DNA of 31,542 bases from an uncultured Acetobacteraceae bacterium (GTDB lineage: Bacteria; Pseudomonadota; Alphaproteobacteria; Acetobacterales; Acetobacteraceae). The DNA lies in the NCBI GenBank assembly GCA_964236755.1, contig CAXSHI010000029.1:1-31542 (forward strand). Direction: 5' to 3'. Below are positions 1 to 10,315 of the stretch, in pieces. Below the pieces are notes generated by a model, which was not told the DNA's origin, made no database searches, and saw nothing but the letters and a program-made list of their open reading frames with translations. The first letter of the stretch is position 1. Each line of letters opens with the position of its first letter. The position numbers were made by a program, and so were the translations under genes.

Positions 1-409
1 CGCCAGAGAGCTGCGCCGGCATCCGGTCGGCGTATGCCTGCATTTGCACCATCTCCAGCCCGCGTCGCGCCCGCTCACGACGCTCACCCCGGCCGACCCC
101 GCGCATCTTCAGCCCGAACGCCACGTTGTCGAGGCAATCGAGGTGCGGGAACAGCGCGTAGCTTTGGAACATCATGGCGGTGCCGCGCCCGGCAGGCGGC
201 ACGTTGGTCACGTTGCGGCCGTCCACCAGCACGTCGCCGTCCGACACCGTCTCGTGGCCGGCGATCATGCGCAACGTCGTCGTTTTGCCGCAGCCGCTCG
301 GTCCCAAGAGGCAGCAATAGACGCCGCCGGGGATTTGCAGCGTGACGGCATCGACGGCGACGGCGCCGCCATACTGCTTGCTCACCGCGACCAGCTCGAC
401 GCCATGCAT
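1..409 (-). CDS. ABC transporter ATP-binding subunit (PotA/FbpC-like importer ATPase). Only the N-terminal part is present; the gene runs off the window start.
   Basis: Minus-strand translation from ATG at 409..407 gives MHGVELVAVSKQYGGAVAVDAVTLQIPGGVYCCLLGPSGCGKTTTLRMIAGHETVSDGDVLVDGRNVTNVPPAGRGTAMMFQSYALFPHL... It has Walker A GPSGCGKTT and the LRMIAG/Q-loop motif. The ORF-track entry 84..881(-) is a different, arginine-rich junk frame. Confidence 0.85.
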   Translation of the reverse strand, partial: MHGVELVAVSKQYGGAVAVDAVTLQIPGGVYCCLLGPSGCGKTTTLRMIAGHETVSDGDVLVDGRNVTNVPPAGRGTAMMFQSYALFPHLDCLDNVAFGLKMRGVGRGERRERARRGLEMVQMQAYADRMPAQLSG

Positions 410-466
410 CAACCCGTTTGCTCCCAATGCGCATTTGGCATTGCAAGCCACGTACCAGAAGAGGCG

Positions 467-1120
467 CTACTTCGTCCCGTACAGCCGGTCGCCCGCGTCG
501 CCGAGGCCAGGGCGGATGTAGCCGTGCTCGTCCAGGCAGCGGTCGATGGCGGCGGTGAACACCGGCACGTCGGGATGCTCGTCCTGCAGCACGGCCAGCC
601 CCTCGGGCGCCGCGAGCAGGCAGACGAAGCGCAGCTGCGCGGCGCCGGCCTGCCGCATCCGGCTCAGCGCGGCTGCGGCGGAGTGCCCGGTCGCCAGCAT
701 GGGATCGACGACGACCACCAGCCGCTCCGGGATGTCGTCCGGCAGCTTGAGGTAGTACTCGACCGGCACCAGGGTGGCCGGGTCGCGATACAGCCCGATG
801 TGCCCGACGCGGGCCGAGGGCACGAGGTCCAGCATCCCGTCCAGGATGCCGTTGCCCGCCCGCAGTATCGGCACGAAGCACAGCTTCTTGCCGGACAGCA
901 GCGGCGCCTCCGCGGCCTCCATCGGCGTCTCGATGATCACGGTGTCGAGCGGCAGGTCGCGCGTCACCTCATAGGCCATCAGCAGGCTGATCTCGCGCGC
1001 GATCTGCCGGAACTCGGCGGTGGGCGTCGCCTTTTGCCGCAGCAGCGTCAGCTTGTGCTGCACGAGCGGGTGGCCGACCACCGTGACGGCGGGAAAGCGC
1101 GCGTCGGCGAATGCCTGCAT
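467..1120 (-). CDS. upp: uracil phosphoribosyltransferase
   Basis: The 217-aa product from the internal ATG of ORF 467..1318 is [32 protein letters not shown]...[33 protein letters not shown]...[26 protein letters not shown]...[17 protein letters not shown], a full-length UPRT family match. Its start ATG (1120..1118) overlaps the TGA of the upstream gene (TGATG). Confidence 0.9.
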   Translation of the reverse strand: MQAFADARFPAVTVVGHPLVQHKLTLLRQKATPTAEFRQIAREISLLMAYEVTRDLPLDTVIIETPMEAAEAPLLSGKKLCFVPILRAGNGILDGMLDLVPSARVGHIGLYRDPATLVPVEYYLKLPDDIPERLVVVVDPMLATGHSAAAALSRMRQAGAAQLRFVCLLAAPEGLAVLQDEHPDVPVFTAAIDRCLDEHGYIRPGLGDAGDRLYGTK

Positions 1121-2341
1121 CAGAACACCGTCCCATCGCTGAGGATCTGTAGCGGCGGTCCGCCATCGGCCCGCCGCTCCGCCGCCGCTTGGCGCCCCGC
1201 CGCCCAGGTCCCACCTTCCAGCAGGCGGGACAGCGGCAGCGCGGCCTCGTCGCGGCCCAGGCGGACGCGGAGCGGCGGCGCGATGCGGTCGAGCAGCGCC
1301 ACCGTCAGGGCACGCCACTCCACCACCGCCGGATGCCCCGGCGGAAACGGCTTATCAGCCAGCCCGGGATCGCGCAGCCGCAATACGCCAAGGTCGAGGA
1401 ACAGCCCGCCGTTGCGGTATTCCGGCAGGCCGGTCAGCGCCTCGATCCCGGTCACGGCGACGCCCGCGTCCTCGAAAATTTCGACCAGCGAATAAGTCAG
1501 CCATTGCGAAAGCTTATGGAACGGCACCAGCCCGGCGCTGCTTGCCGGCGCGCCGGGTTCGAGCGGCAGGTCGGGATAATGCCACACGTCGCCCAGGCTC
1601 CGCCCGGCCAGCACAGTGCGCGACGGCCAGACTGGGCCAAAACCGTCCAGCACCGCGCCTAGGATGTCGCGGGCCGCGATCGTCGCGCCGTCGCCCATGA
1701 GATGATCGAATAGCCGGCCGACGCGGGGATCATCGCGCCCGAACAGGTCCGGCCGGGCCAGCAGCGCCGCGCCGAGGCCGCGCAGCAGGGCTGCGCGCCC
1801 TTCCAGCCCCGGCATCGGGTTGCCCTCGTCCACCTGGAACGCGCGCGCCAGCGCCGAGGCATCGATCCGGGCCAGCCCGGCCGCATCGGCGCGCATCCCG
1901 CCGTCGGCCGCGAACAGCCCGGCCTCGAAGGCACGCAGGCTCGCCACCGCCAACCCTTCTGACCGAGAGAACGTCAAGCCGGTGCCAGGCTCGGCGTAGC
2001 GCCAGTCGGTGCCTGCGCCCGCGTCCAGCAGCACGCCGACCACGCAAAGCTCGACCCGCGTCCGTACCACCTCGGCGGCTTTCAGATCGGCCAGCGCGGC
2101 GTGCAGCAGTCCCCAGCGGTCGATGCCGCCCGCCGCGAAATGCCGCCAGCGCGCGTGGTGCGGGATGCGAAGGTCTGGGTAGGCGCCGCGCACGACCGAC
2201 ACGACGTAGGCCGCGGCGTCGTCTAACTGGGCAAGGTCCAGGGTGAAATGCCGCAACCCGTCCGCCTCTGCCAAGGCCAGCATCGCATGGGCGCGGCTGC
2301 GCACGGCCTCCGCGGTGCATAGCCAGGCCGCCGCTTCGACT

Positions 2342-2349
<8 letters not shown>
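1120..2349 (-). CDS. DUF1688 family protein (URC4-like, uracil catabolism associated)
   Basis: Internal ATG of ORF 1120..2448 gives [50 protein letters not shown]..., about 409 aa and typical of DUF1688/URC4. Its ATG (2349..2347) lies 8 nt inside the end of the upstream URC1-like gene (GATGAGTGA). Its stop overlaps the upp ATG. Confidence 0.7.
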
Positions 2350-3580
<1,231 letters not shown>

Positions 3581-3689
3581 GGGCCGCTTCTCATTGGTCC
3601 GCAGCGGCGGCTCATTCCAGTCGATGGCAGGCTCCTATGGTCATCGAGGCCAGGCTAGTGAGAACCCGGCAGGTTGGTCAACGGCATAC

Positions 3690-3794
3690 GCTAGCCCGAC
3701 TCTGCGCCGGAGCGGGTGAAGGATTGGTTAATGGCGGATATCGGGGACACGCGGCATCCTTGCAAAATATTGTAACCATGCATATCATAAGTGT
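3690..3794. promoter_or_regulatory. Divergent promoter/operator region between the URC-like operon (minus) and the marR-like gene (plus). Contains an AT-rich imperfect palindrome.
   Basis: AT-rich stretch in an otherwise 70% GC context. TTGCAAAATATTGTAA at 3760..3775 is near-palindromic and sits ~20 nt upstream of the MarR-family ATG at 3795. This is a candidate MarR operator. Confidence 0.35.
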
Positions 3795-4295
3795 ATGGAC
3801 AGTGTGCCTTCCCGACTGGACGAGGCGGAACTCCTGCCGAGCCGCAGCTTCGGCTACCGGCTCTGGATGCTGCGGCACGCCTGGACGCGACGGCTCGAGG
3901 CGGTGCTGCAGGCGACGGACCTGACGCACATGCAGTTCTTCCTGCTGCGCGCCACCGAGGCCGTCATGGGCCTTGGCGAAGTGCCGTCGCAGAGCCGGCT
4001 CGCGGATTCCATCCACATCGACCGCATGACGGCGAGCAAGGTGCTGCGCAACCTTGAAGCCAAGGGGCTGCTGGTCCGCGCCGTTCATCCAGATGACCCG
4101 CGCGCCAACAGCGTCGCGCTGACGGAGGCGGGCGCCGCCCTGCTGCGCCGGGCGACGCTGCTGGTGCTGGCGGAGCAGGACCGGTTCTTCGGCCGGCTCG
4201 GCCATGCCCGCAAGGCCGAGTTCAGCGCCATGCTGGATGAGTTGCTGACCAACGACGGTTGCCCCTTTGCCGCCGCGTCGAAGGAGCTTGGATGA
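3795..4295 (+). CDS. MarR family transcriptional regulator (EmrR-like)
   Basis: 166 aa: MDSVPSRLDEAELLPSRSFGYRLWMLRHAWTRRLEAVLQATDLTHMQFFLLRATEAVMGLGEVPSQSRLADSIHIDRMTASKVLRNLEAKGLLVR... This is a winged-helix MarR signature. Its stop TGA overlaps the ATG of the next gene (GATGATGG). Confidence 0.85.
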   Translation: MDSVPSRLDEAELLPSRSFGYRLWMLRHAWTRRLEAVLQATDLTHMQFFLLRATEAVMGLGEVPSQSRLADSIHIDRMTASKVLRNLEAKGLLVRAVHPDDPRANSVALTEAGAALLRRATLLVLAEQDRFFGRLGHARKAEFSAMLDELLTNDGCPFAAASKELG

Positions 4296-5443
4296 TGGAT
4301 GGTTCGCAACCCGTGACGGCCGAGCGGCCTTTGGCCAGCCAGGCACCCTTGCTGACAGCCGCCCCGCCGCCGCCCCGGCGTTCGCGCAGGCGTGCCCTGC
4401 TGGCCGCCGCGGCGCTGGCGGTGCTGGCGGGCGGCGGGTACTTTGGCTACGGCTGGTGGACGACGGGCCGCTTCCTTGAGGAAACGGACGACGCCTACGT
4501 GCAGGCGGACATGGTCGCCGTGTCCTCCCGCGTGGCCGGGCAGGTGGCGGAGGCGCCGGCGGCCGACAACCAGCGGGTCCGCAAGGGCGACGTGCTCGCC
4601 CGGCTGGACGACCGCGACCTGCAGGCGGCGCAGGCGCAGGCGCGCGCCGACGTGGCCGCGGCGGAGGCGGACATCCAATCCCTCCAGGCGCAGCTGCGCC
4701 TGCAGGACAGCACCATCACCGCGGCGGACGCCGACACCGCCAGCGCCGATGCGTCGGCTGCCTATGCGAAGTTCGAGTTCACCCGCTACTCCGACCTGGT
4801 GCGGACCGGCACGGGGTCGCTGCAGCGGGCGCAGCAGGCGGAGGCCGACATCAAGGGGCGGGACGCCGCCACCGCCCGCGCCCGCGCCGCGGCGGAGGGC
4901 GCGCGGCAGCAGGTGACGGTGCTGCAGGCCCAGCTGGGCCGCGCCCAGGCGGCGCTGCTGCGCGCCAGGGCGGTCGCGGACCAGGCGGCGCTGAACCTGT
5001 CCTACGCGACGATCACCGCGCCCGTCGATGGCGCGGTGGGCGACCGCACGATGCGGGCGGGCCAGTATGTCCAGCCGGCGACCCGGCTGCTCAACGTGGT
5101 GCCGATGGACGCCGGGCTGTACGTCATCGCGAATTTCAAGGAGACGCAGCTCGCCCGCATGGGCGTGGGGGAGGCGGTGCGCCTGGACGTGGACATGCTG
5201 GGGGGCGAGCCCTTGCGCGGCACGGTGGACAGCCTGGCGCCCGGCAGCGGCGCCACCTTCGCCCTGCTGCCGCCGGAGAACGCCACCGGCAACTTCACCA
5301 AGATCGTGCAGCGCGTCCCCGTCCGCATCCGCCTCGACCCCGATGCGCGGCTGTCGCAGCTGCGGCCGGGCCTGTCGGTCACGGCATCCATCGACACGCG
5401 CACAGCGCCCCCGGGGCCGCTGCGCACCTTGGCCGAGAGATGA
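4292..5443 (+). CDS. HlyD/EmrA-family membrane fusion protein (efflux periplasmic adaptor)
   Basis: Start taken at MMDGSQP, overlapping the marR stop. N-terminal TM segment ALLAAAALAVLAGGGYFGYGWW, then long coiled-coil (QAAQAQARADVAAAEADIQSLQAQL...), then ITAPVDGAVGDRTMRAGQYVQPATRLLNVVPMDAGLYVIANFKETQ, typical of EmrA/HlyD. Stop overlaps the next ATG (ATGA). Confidence 0.85.
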   Translation: MMDGSQPVTAERPLASQAPLLTAAPPPPRRSRRRALLAAAALAVLAGGGYFGYGWWTTGRFLEETDDAYVQADMVAVSSRVAGQVAEAPAADNQRVRKGDVLARLDDRDLQAAQAQARADVAAAEADIQSLQAQLRLQDSTITAADADTASADASAAYAKFEFTRYSDLVRTGTGSLQRAQQAEADIKGRDAATARARAAAEGARQQVTVLQAQLGRAQAALLRARAVADQAALNLSYATITAPVDGAVGDRTMRAGQYVQPATRLLNVVPMDAGLYVIANFKETQLARMGVGEAVRLDVDMLGGEPLRGTVDSLAPGSGATFALLPPENATGNFTKIVQRVPVRIRLDPDARLSQLRPGLSVTASIDTRTAPPGPLRTLAER

Positions 5444-6996
5444 GCGGCGCCGTCGCGACCGCCGGCGCCGCGCCGGCTGCTCGGGCAGGGCTGCGGGACT
5501 GGGTGGCGTTCCTGGGCGGCTCGCTCGGCGCGTTCATGGCGGTGCTCGACATCCAGATCACCAACAGCAGCCTGGCCGACATCCAGGGCACGCTGGGCGC
5601 GAGCCTCGACGAGGGGAGCTGGATCAGCACGGGCTACCTGATCGCCGAGATCATCGTGATCCCGATGACCGGCTGGCTCGCCGGCGTATTCAGCCTGCGC
5701 CGCTACCTGGTCGCGAACGCGCTGCTGTTCCTAGGCTTCTCCGTGCTGTGCGGCCTGGCGACGAATCTCAGCGAGATGATCCTGTTCCGCATCGGCCAGG
5801 GCTTCACCGGCGGCGTGCTGATCCCGACCGCCTTCACCATCATGCTGCTGCGCATCCCGGGGCGCCAGCGCGCCATCGCCAGCGCCATCTTCGGCCTGAC
5901 CGTCACCTTCGCGCCGGCCATCGGGCCAAGCATCGGCGGCTGGCTGACCGACACCTACTCCTGGCACTGGATCTTCTACATCAACCTGATCCCCGGCGCG
6001 GCGCTCGTGGCGATGATCTGGTGGGGGCTGGACGCCCAGCCGATGCGGCTGGAGCGGCTGGCCCGTGGCGACTGGGCCGGCATCGCCTGCATGGCCATCG
6101 GCCTCGGCAGCCTCGAATACGTGCTGGAGGAGGGACAGCGGAAGGACTGGTTCGGCGACGGCCGCATCGTGCTCTGCGCCGTGCTGGCGGCGGTGTTCAT
6201 CACGGCGTTCCTGGCAGTGGAGCTGCTGAGGAAGGAGCCGTTCATCGACCTTCGCCTGCTGCGCCGGCGCTCCTTGGCCGCGGCCTGCGTGGTCAACTTC
6301 GCCACCGGGCTGGCGCTGTATGGCTCGATCTATATCCTGCCGCTGTACCTCTCGCGTGTGCAGGGCTACAACGCCGCCCAGATCGGCGCGGTGCAGATGT
6401 GGATGGGACTGCCGCAGCTCGCCATCCTGCCGTTCCTGCCCTTCATCCTCCGCCGGTTCGACAGCCGGGCGGTGCTCGCCTTCGGCGTCGGCCTGTTCGC
6501 GGCGAGCTGCCTGATGAACGGCTACGGCATGTCGGCCGACACGGGGATCGACCAGTTGAAGTGGTCGCAGCTCGTGCGGGCGCTGGGCCAGCCGTTCATC
6601 ATCTCGCCCCTGGCGCAGATGGCGACCATCGGCATCGGCCCGGCGCAGGCCGGGGCGGCGAGCGCGCTGTTCAACATGTTCCGCAACTTGGGCGGCAGCT
6701 TCGGCATCGCCCTGCTGGCGACGGCGGCGGAGCATCGGGAGCATTGGCACTTTTCCGCCATCGCCGAGCGGGTGACGCAGAACTCGGTATTGCTGGCGGA
6801 GCGGCTGGGGCGGATGGCGCAGGCGGTCGGTCCGGACCAGGCGCTGGCGCGGCTCGCGAGCCAGGTGCGGCGGCAGGCGACGGTGATGGGGTACGCCGAC
6901 TGCTTCCTGCTGATCGGCGCCGGGCTGCTGCTGAGCCTTCTGGGCGTCGCGTTCCTGTCCCGCGCCCAGGCCGGGGGGCCAGGCGGCGGGCATTAG
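5440..6996 (+). CDS. EmrB/QacA (DHA2) family MFS multidrug efflux transporter
   Basis: 518 aa with 14-TM-like hydropathy. Motifs LDIQITNSSLADIQGTLGAS, GWLAGVFSLRRYLVANALLFLGFSVLCGLA and FRIGQGFTGGVLIP fit the DHA2/EmrB family. Translationally coupled to the emrA-like gene. Confidence 0.9.
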   Translation: MSGAVATAGAAPAARAGLRDWVAFLGGSLGAFMAVLDIQITNSSLADIQGTLGASLDEGSWISTGYLIAEIIVIPMTGWLAGVFSLRRYLVANALLFLGFSVLCGLATNLSEMILFRIGQGFTGGVLIPTAFTIMLLRIPGRQRAIASAIFGLTVTFAPAIGPSIGGWLTDTYSWHWIFYINLIPGAALVAMIWWGLDAQPMRLERLARGDWAGIACMAIGLGSLEYVLEEGQRKDWFGDGRIVLCAVLAAVFITAFLAVELLRKEPFIDLRLLRRRSLAAACVVNFATGLALYGSIYILPLYLSRVQGYNAAQIGAVQMWMGLPQLAILPFLPFILRRFDSRAVLAFGVGLFAASCLMNGYGMSADTGIDQLKWSQLVRALGQPFIISPLAQMATIGIGPAQAGAASALFNMFRNLGGSFGIALLATAAEHREHWHFSAIAERVTQNSVLLAERLGRMAQAVGPDQALARLASQVRRQATVMGYADCFLLIGAGLLLSLLGVAFLSRAQAGGPGGGH

Positions 6997-7107
6997 GTGT
7001 TCACTCCCGGAGCGTCGTGCCAAACTCTGGGACCGAACACATGGACAGGGACTCTGCCCGGCTTTGCCGCGGGACGATCAGGACGCCGCCGGCGTGCGGC
7101 GCGGATT

Positions 7108-7788
7108 TCAACGATGCCACCAGCATTTCGTCGCAGCCTCGTCCCACGCGGCCTTGTCGAGACCGGGAATCAGCGCCTCCGGCATGTTATGTCGCCTGAC
7201 CGGAACGTGTTCTTCAATGGTATAGATCTGCTCACCGCCGGTTGTGAGAACCTCCAGGTAGCAATACTGATGACCTGGCTGCGTAGCGCGGCTGTTCGCG
7301 AACTTCCAACCTGTTATGACCTTCCAAGAGCGATACGTGACGGTGTTGAACGTCGTGTAATCGGTTACGACCGTTTCGGTGCTGCCGGTCGCGGCCGTGC
7401 CGTCTGCGACGACACCCGGCCCGGTGCCCGTGCCCGCCGGGCTGGTCGAATGCGCGTTCCGCCACGCTGCCTCGATCAAGGCGATGAGCATGACGATCGC
7501 CAGCATCCCGAGCAGCAGCTTGATGATGGAGTCGAACACCCGGCCCGCGTTCAACGGCTGGAGCCTTAACGGGCTTGCGGGCCTTACGGTGGCTGCGGAC
7601 AATGGCTGAACTGGCAGTGGTGCTGATGGCGCGGGCGGTGCTGGCTTGTTCGGGGCCGGTGAGGGTTTTGGGGTCACGAATGGGCTCGCGGGCGCTGCGG
7701 TGGCTGCAGGCGGCGGCTGAACTGGCTGTGGTGCCGGTGGCGTGGACGGTGCGGGCTTGTCTGGGGCCGGTGGAGGCTCCGGAGTCAC
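7108..7788 (-). CDS. Hypothetical membrane protein with an N-terminal proline-rich tandem-repeat region, one TM helix and a ~110-aa C-terminal domain with conserved Cys/Trp
   Basis: Starts at GTG 7788 (in-frame TAG immediately upstream; no ATG before the TM segment). Two ~36-aa Pro-rich repeats (TPEPPPAPDKPAPSTPPAPQPVQPPPAATAAPASPFV / TPKPSPAPNKPAPPAPSAPLPVQPLSAATVRPASPLR). TM segment FDSIIKLLLGMLAIVMLIALI. C-terminal ...DYTTFNTVTYRSWKVITGWKFANSRATQPGHQYCYLEVLTTGGEQIYTIEEHVPVRRHNMPEALIPGLDKAAWDEAATKCWWHR. GC3 is high in this frame. The region is lower-GC than the surroundings. Confidence 0.5.
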   Translation of the reverse strand: MTPEPPPAPDKPAPSTPPAPQPVQPPPAATAAPASPFVTPKPSPAPNKPAPPAPSAPLPVQPLSAATVRPASPLRLQPLNAGRVFDSIIKLLLGMLAIVMLIALIEAAWRNAHSTSPAGTGTGPGVVADGTAATGSTETVVTDYTTFNTVTYRSWKVITGWKFANSRATQPGHQYCYLEVLTTGGEQIYTIEEHVPVRRHNMPEALIPGLDKAAWDEAATKCWWHR

Positions 7789-7800
7789 GAGCTTGAAGGG
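7587..7800. repeat. Imperfect tandem duplication, ~108-bp unit x2, inside the coding region of the Pro-rich protein
   Basis: Copy 1 (~7587..7696): ..cggtggctgcggacaatggctgaactggcagtggtgctgatggcgcgggcggtgctggcttgttcggggccggtgagggttttggggtcacg. Copy 2 (~7697..7800): ..cggtggctgcaggcggcggctgaactggctgtggtgccggtggcgtggacggtgcgggcttgtctggggccggtggaggctccggagtcacg. Anchors ggctgaactgg at 7604/7714 and ggggccggtg at 7652/7764 give period 110-112 with small indels. Confidence 0.7.
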
Positions 7801-7886
7801 CGGCGTCTCCTGCCGGGGCTTGCCCTCGGCCTTTTCGCGGACGGCCCGGTTGAAGAAGGACTAGTCCTCCTCGACGCGCTTGAGCA

Positions 7887-8252
7887 TCACGCCGCTCCCA
7901 GCCGGGCGTCACGCCGGGCCTGCGTGATCTGCTCCTCGGCCGCGTCCAGCGGCAGGAAGATGATCTTGAGCCGATCTATCAGTACTTCCTTGACAACCTC
8001 TTTGATCTGCATTGGGAGATTGCTCCGGCGTCGCCGGGCCAGCCAGTCACGCAGGTTGCGGATCGCGCCGATCCACTCCTTTGGCGTGTAGTGGCGACGC
8101 CGAACCGGGATCGCGCGGCGGTAACGGGCCACGTAGCCCCGGAGCGCACGGGCTGACAGGCGGCGGTGCGGCCCTTTCCCGTTCTTCGCCGCGTATTGCA
8201 GGGCCGCGAGAGGAGCCGACCAGCGCCACGATGCCAGCCAGCGAGACCACAA
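7887..8252 (-). CDS. Small basic hypothetical ORF. Possibly the frameshifted C-terminal continuation of the upstream coiled-coil gene.
   Basis: GC3 is high in this frame from about 8200 down to the TGA at 7887..7889 (…LSARALRGYVARYRRAIPVRRRHYTPKEWIGAIRNLRDWLARRRRSNLPMQIKEVVKEVLIDRLKIIFLPLDAAEEQITQARRDARLGAA). The listed N-terminus (MWSRWLASWRW, TTG start) looks like an alternate frame of the upstream gene. An independent start could be GTG (VARYRR...). Confidence 0.3.
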   Translation of the reverse strand: MWSRWLASWRWSAPLAALQYAAKNGKGPHRRLSARALRGYVARYRRAIPVRRRHYTPKEWIGAIRNLRDWLARRRRSNLPMQIKEVVKEVLIDRLKIIFLPLDAAEEQITQARRDARLGAA

Positions 8253-9278
8253 ACAGGTGCTTGGTCTTCTCGACCGTCCCTGGCTTATGATCGCCGAATA
8301 GGACCATCGACAGGCGGTGAAGCTGCGACCTCTCGATCATTTCATCGCGCTTGCGCGCCGCTTGGGCCACCATCTCACTGCCCTGCAAGGCCATAGCGTG
8401 CGCTGTGGCGAGCCGGTCGCGCACCCCATCGGGTTCTTCGTCCAGCCTTTTGCTCTCGCGATCCAGTCCGGCAAGCTGCGCATCGCGCTGTTGCCGAGCA
8501 CTGGTGACGTCGGCGCCGGTCGTGGCATTCTGCGCGTGCTGCTCGTCGGCCAGACGGGTGATCCGGCGGTTCAGGTCGTCATGCTGGCGCTGGAAGCTGC
8601 CGGCAATCGTTGACACGCCGCAGCGTATGTTCGGATTGCTGCGGCAGCGGGCACGCTCGTTGTTCAGGGCCGCCTCGCGGCGCTGGTCGAGACCCGCGAG
8701 GTCTTGTTCCAAACGGGTGCGCTCGGTGGCAAAGCTTCCTGCCGTGTTGTGGGTGCGAACGTCTTCGATGTCGCGTTGGGTCTGCTGCCTGGTGCCGGCA
8801 ACCTCCTCCTGCAAGGCGGCGAGCCGGGCCATGATCTCGGTCTGCCGCGCGGTCAGTTGTAGGACGCGGGCGTTGGCGATCTGCAGCTCACGCTCGCCGG
8901 TCAGGACGGCCTGCTCGGCGATCTCGACGAAGCGGATACGCTCGTTGAAACCGCGCTCGAACCCGAACACGAAGTTCTCGAAGGTGGCGGCTGTGACGAG
9001 CAGCAAGGCCACGACCGCGATCAGGCGCCACCAGACGCTGCGGACCTGAAAGGCCAGGCCGACCAAGGGAAGTTTGGTCAGCTCGATAATCAAAGGGCCG
9101 CAAAGGGCAGGGTGGCGATGGTGAGGGCAACGATGCCGCCGTCGCTGCCCTCGATCCCGGCGAATGCCGCAAGCACCAGCCCCATGATGACCGCGACAGC
9201 CTCGACCAGCCAAGCAATCACCAGCGCCTTGCCGCGCCGCATTTGAGGGCGCGCGCCCACATCGATGAAGCCGTTCAT
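8047..9278 (-). pseudogene. Membrane-anchored coiled-coil protein gene (DUF4407-like architecture, identification tentative), interrupted by at least one frameshift
   Basis: The frame starting at ATG 9278 encodes MNGFIDVGARPQMRRGKALVIAWLVEAVAVIMGLVLAAFAGIEGSDGGIVALTIATLPFAAL then TGA at 9090. The reading frame then continues as IIELTKLPLVGLAFQVRSVWWRLIAVVALLLVTAATFENF... (ORF 8047..9288) through a long coiled coil to ...KHLFVVSLAGIVALV. The junction is at ccctttgcggccctttGAttatcg; one missing T restores ...PFAALLIIELTKLP. Coding GC3 signal then moves to the 7887..8252 frame near 8200, suggesting a second shift. Combined length of ~530 aa would fit the DUF4407 size range. Confidence 0.5.
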
Positions 9279-9334
9279 GTCGGCGCAAGGCCTTTCTTTA
9301 AGGATCACTCGCTGGGTGCAGGTCTCTTGTTCCG

Positions 9335-10300
9335 CTAAAGGCTGTTCCAGCCTGCACGGAAATCCGGCTCGGCGCGCCGCCGGTTGTCGCTCGAAGCAAG
9401 TACGGTTTGCGCCTGCTTGCAGCCAGCGACCCAGAGCGGCGTCCCGGTTTCGCAAGTGAGATGGTCCCGCCGCGCATGGCTGCGTATCCCAGCCCACCAC
9501 TCGGCCCCCGCCCGCACCTCTCCTGAAACGCCGTTGAACCACGTCTCGTAGTCCATCCGCGCCCGGCGCCCGGCCAAGAAGGTCGGGCTCGCGTCGGCGG
9601 AAGGCACAGTTCCGGCGGACGCGGCTTGCTGCGGTCCTGTTTCGACCGGCGCCGCCGGGCTGATGCCTGAACCGCTTGCCGGGGAGGCGCCACCGGGCCG
9701 CAGCGGCGAGCCCGGCTCGTAACCGGCGTGCCGCGCGCTTACCAACTCGACGCTCATGGATCGCAAGTCGTCCTGGCTGAGCCACGCGATGTCCCCGGCG
9801 GCGGTCGTCACCATCTTGCCGATGATGGCTGGCGGCACGCCGAGATCCGCGGCCTGGCGCGCCATCTGCGTGGTCACTGCTTGCGATCCCGTGGTTTCCA
9901 CACCTTCGATGCTCGCGCTATGAACGCCGATCCGTGCGCCGTCGAGCGCAAGCTTTCTGGTTCCGGCCGCGAACATCAGAAAGCAGGCGGACGCACATGT
10001 TCCGATTGCGGCGGTGGTGAGGCCCGTGTTGCGGATCGTCGTTGCCATCCGGACGCCTTCCATAAGGCTGCCGCCGGGGCTGCTCAGCAGGATCCCGCTC
10101 AGCACCGTGTTGCCGGGCAGTGCGGCGACGAAGCCATGGAGCTTCTCGTCGTCGCCGGGCTGTATGTCGCCCTTGGCGATGATCGCGCCTCGGTTCGGCT
10201 TGCCCTCCAACGGGTCGAAGGTGAAGTTCATGGCCTGCCCGGCGGACGGGGTCAGCACCAAGGCGATGCCGGCGACGACATGAACCATCAACCGCGTCAT
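9335..10300 (-). CDS. Secreted ClpP/SppA-fold protein, COG3904-like (predicted periplasmic protein), with a Cys-containing C-terminal domain
   Basis: Start ATG 10300 (MTRLMVHVVAGIALVLTPSAGQA, signal peptide). The core SSPGGSLMEGVRMATTIRNTGLTTAAIGTCASACFLMFAAGTRKLALDGARIGVHSAS parallels the ClpP INSPGG...CxGxAAS...AG...R...R.xIHQP block. Also a Gly/Pro/Ser-rich linker and C-terminal RMDYETWFNGVSGEVRAGAEWWAGIRSHARRDHLTCETGTPLWVAGCKQAQTVL. Confidence 0.55.
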   Translation of the reverse strand: MTRLMVHVVAGIALVLTPSAGQAMNFTFDPLEGKPNRGAIIAKGDIQPGDDEKLHGFVAALPGNTVLSGILLSSPGGSLMEGVRMATTIRNTGLTTAAIGTCASACFLMFAAGTRKLALDGARIGVHSASIEGVETTGSQAVTTQMARQAADLGVPPAIIGKMVTTAAGDIAWLSQDDLRSMSVELVSARHAGYEPGSPLRPGGASPASGSGISPAAPVETGPQQAASAGTVPSADASPTFLAGRRARMDYETWFNGVSGEVRAGAEWWAGIRSHARRDHLTCETGTPLWVAGCKQAQTVLASSDNRRRAEPDFRAGWNSL

Positions 10301-10315
10301 AGCCCGGAACTCCAA

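Noticed and set aside
84-881. 265-aa minus ORF at the window start, and ORF 44..1495 (+)
   Set aside because: Different frames from the ABC ATPase (Walker A frame) and upp. Arg-rich junk.
5731-7023. 430-aa minus ORF antisense to emrB
   Set aside because: Antisense artefact. emrB has coherent 14-TM hydropathy and DHA2 motifs.
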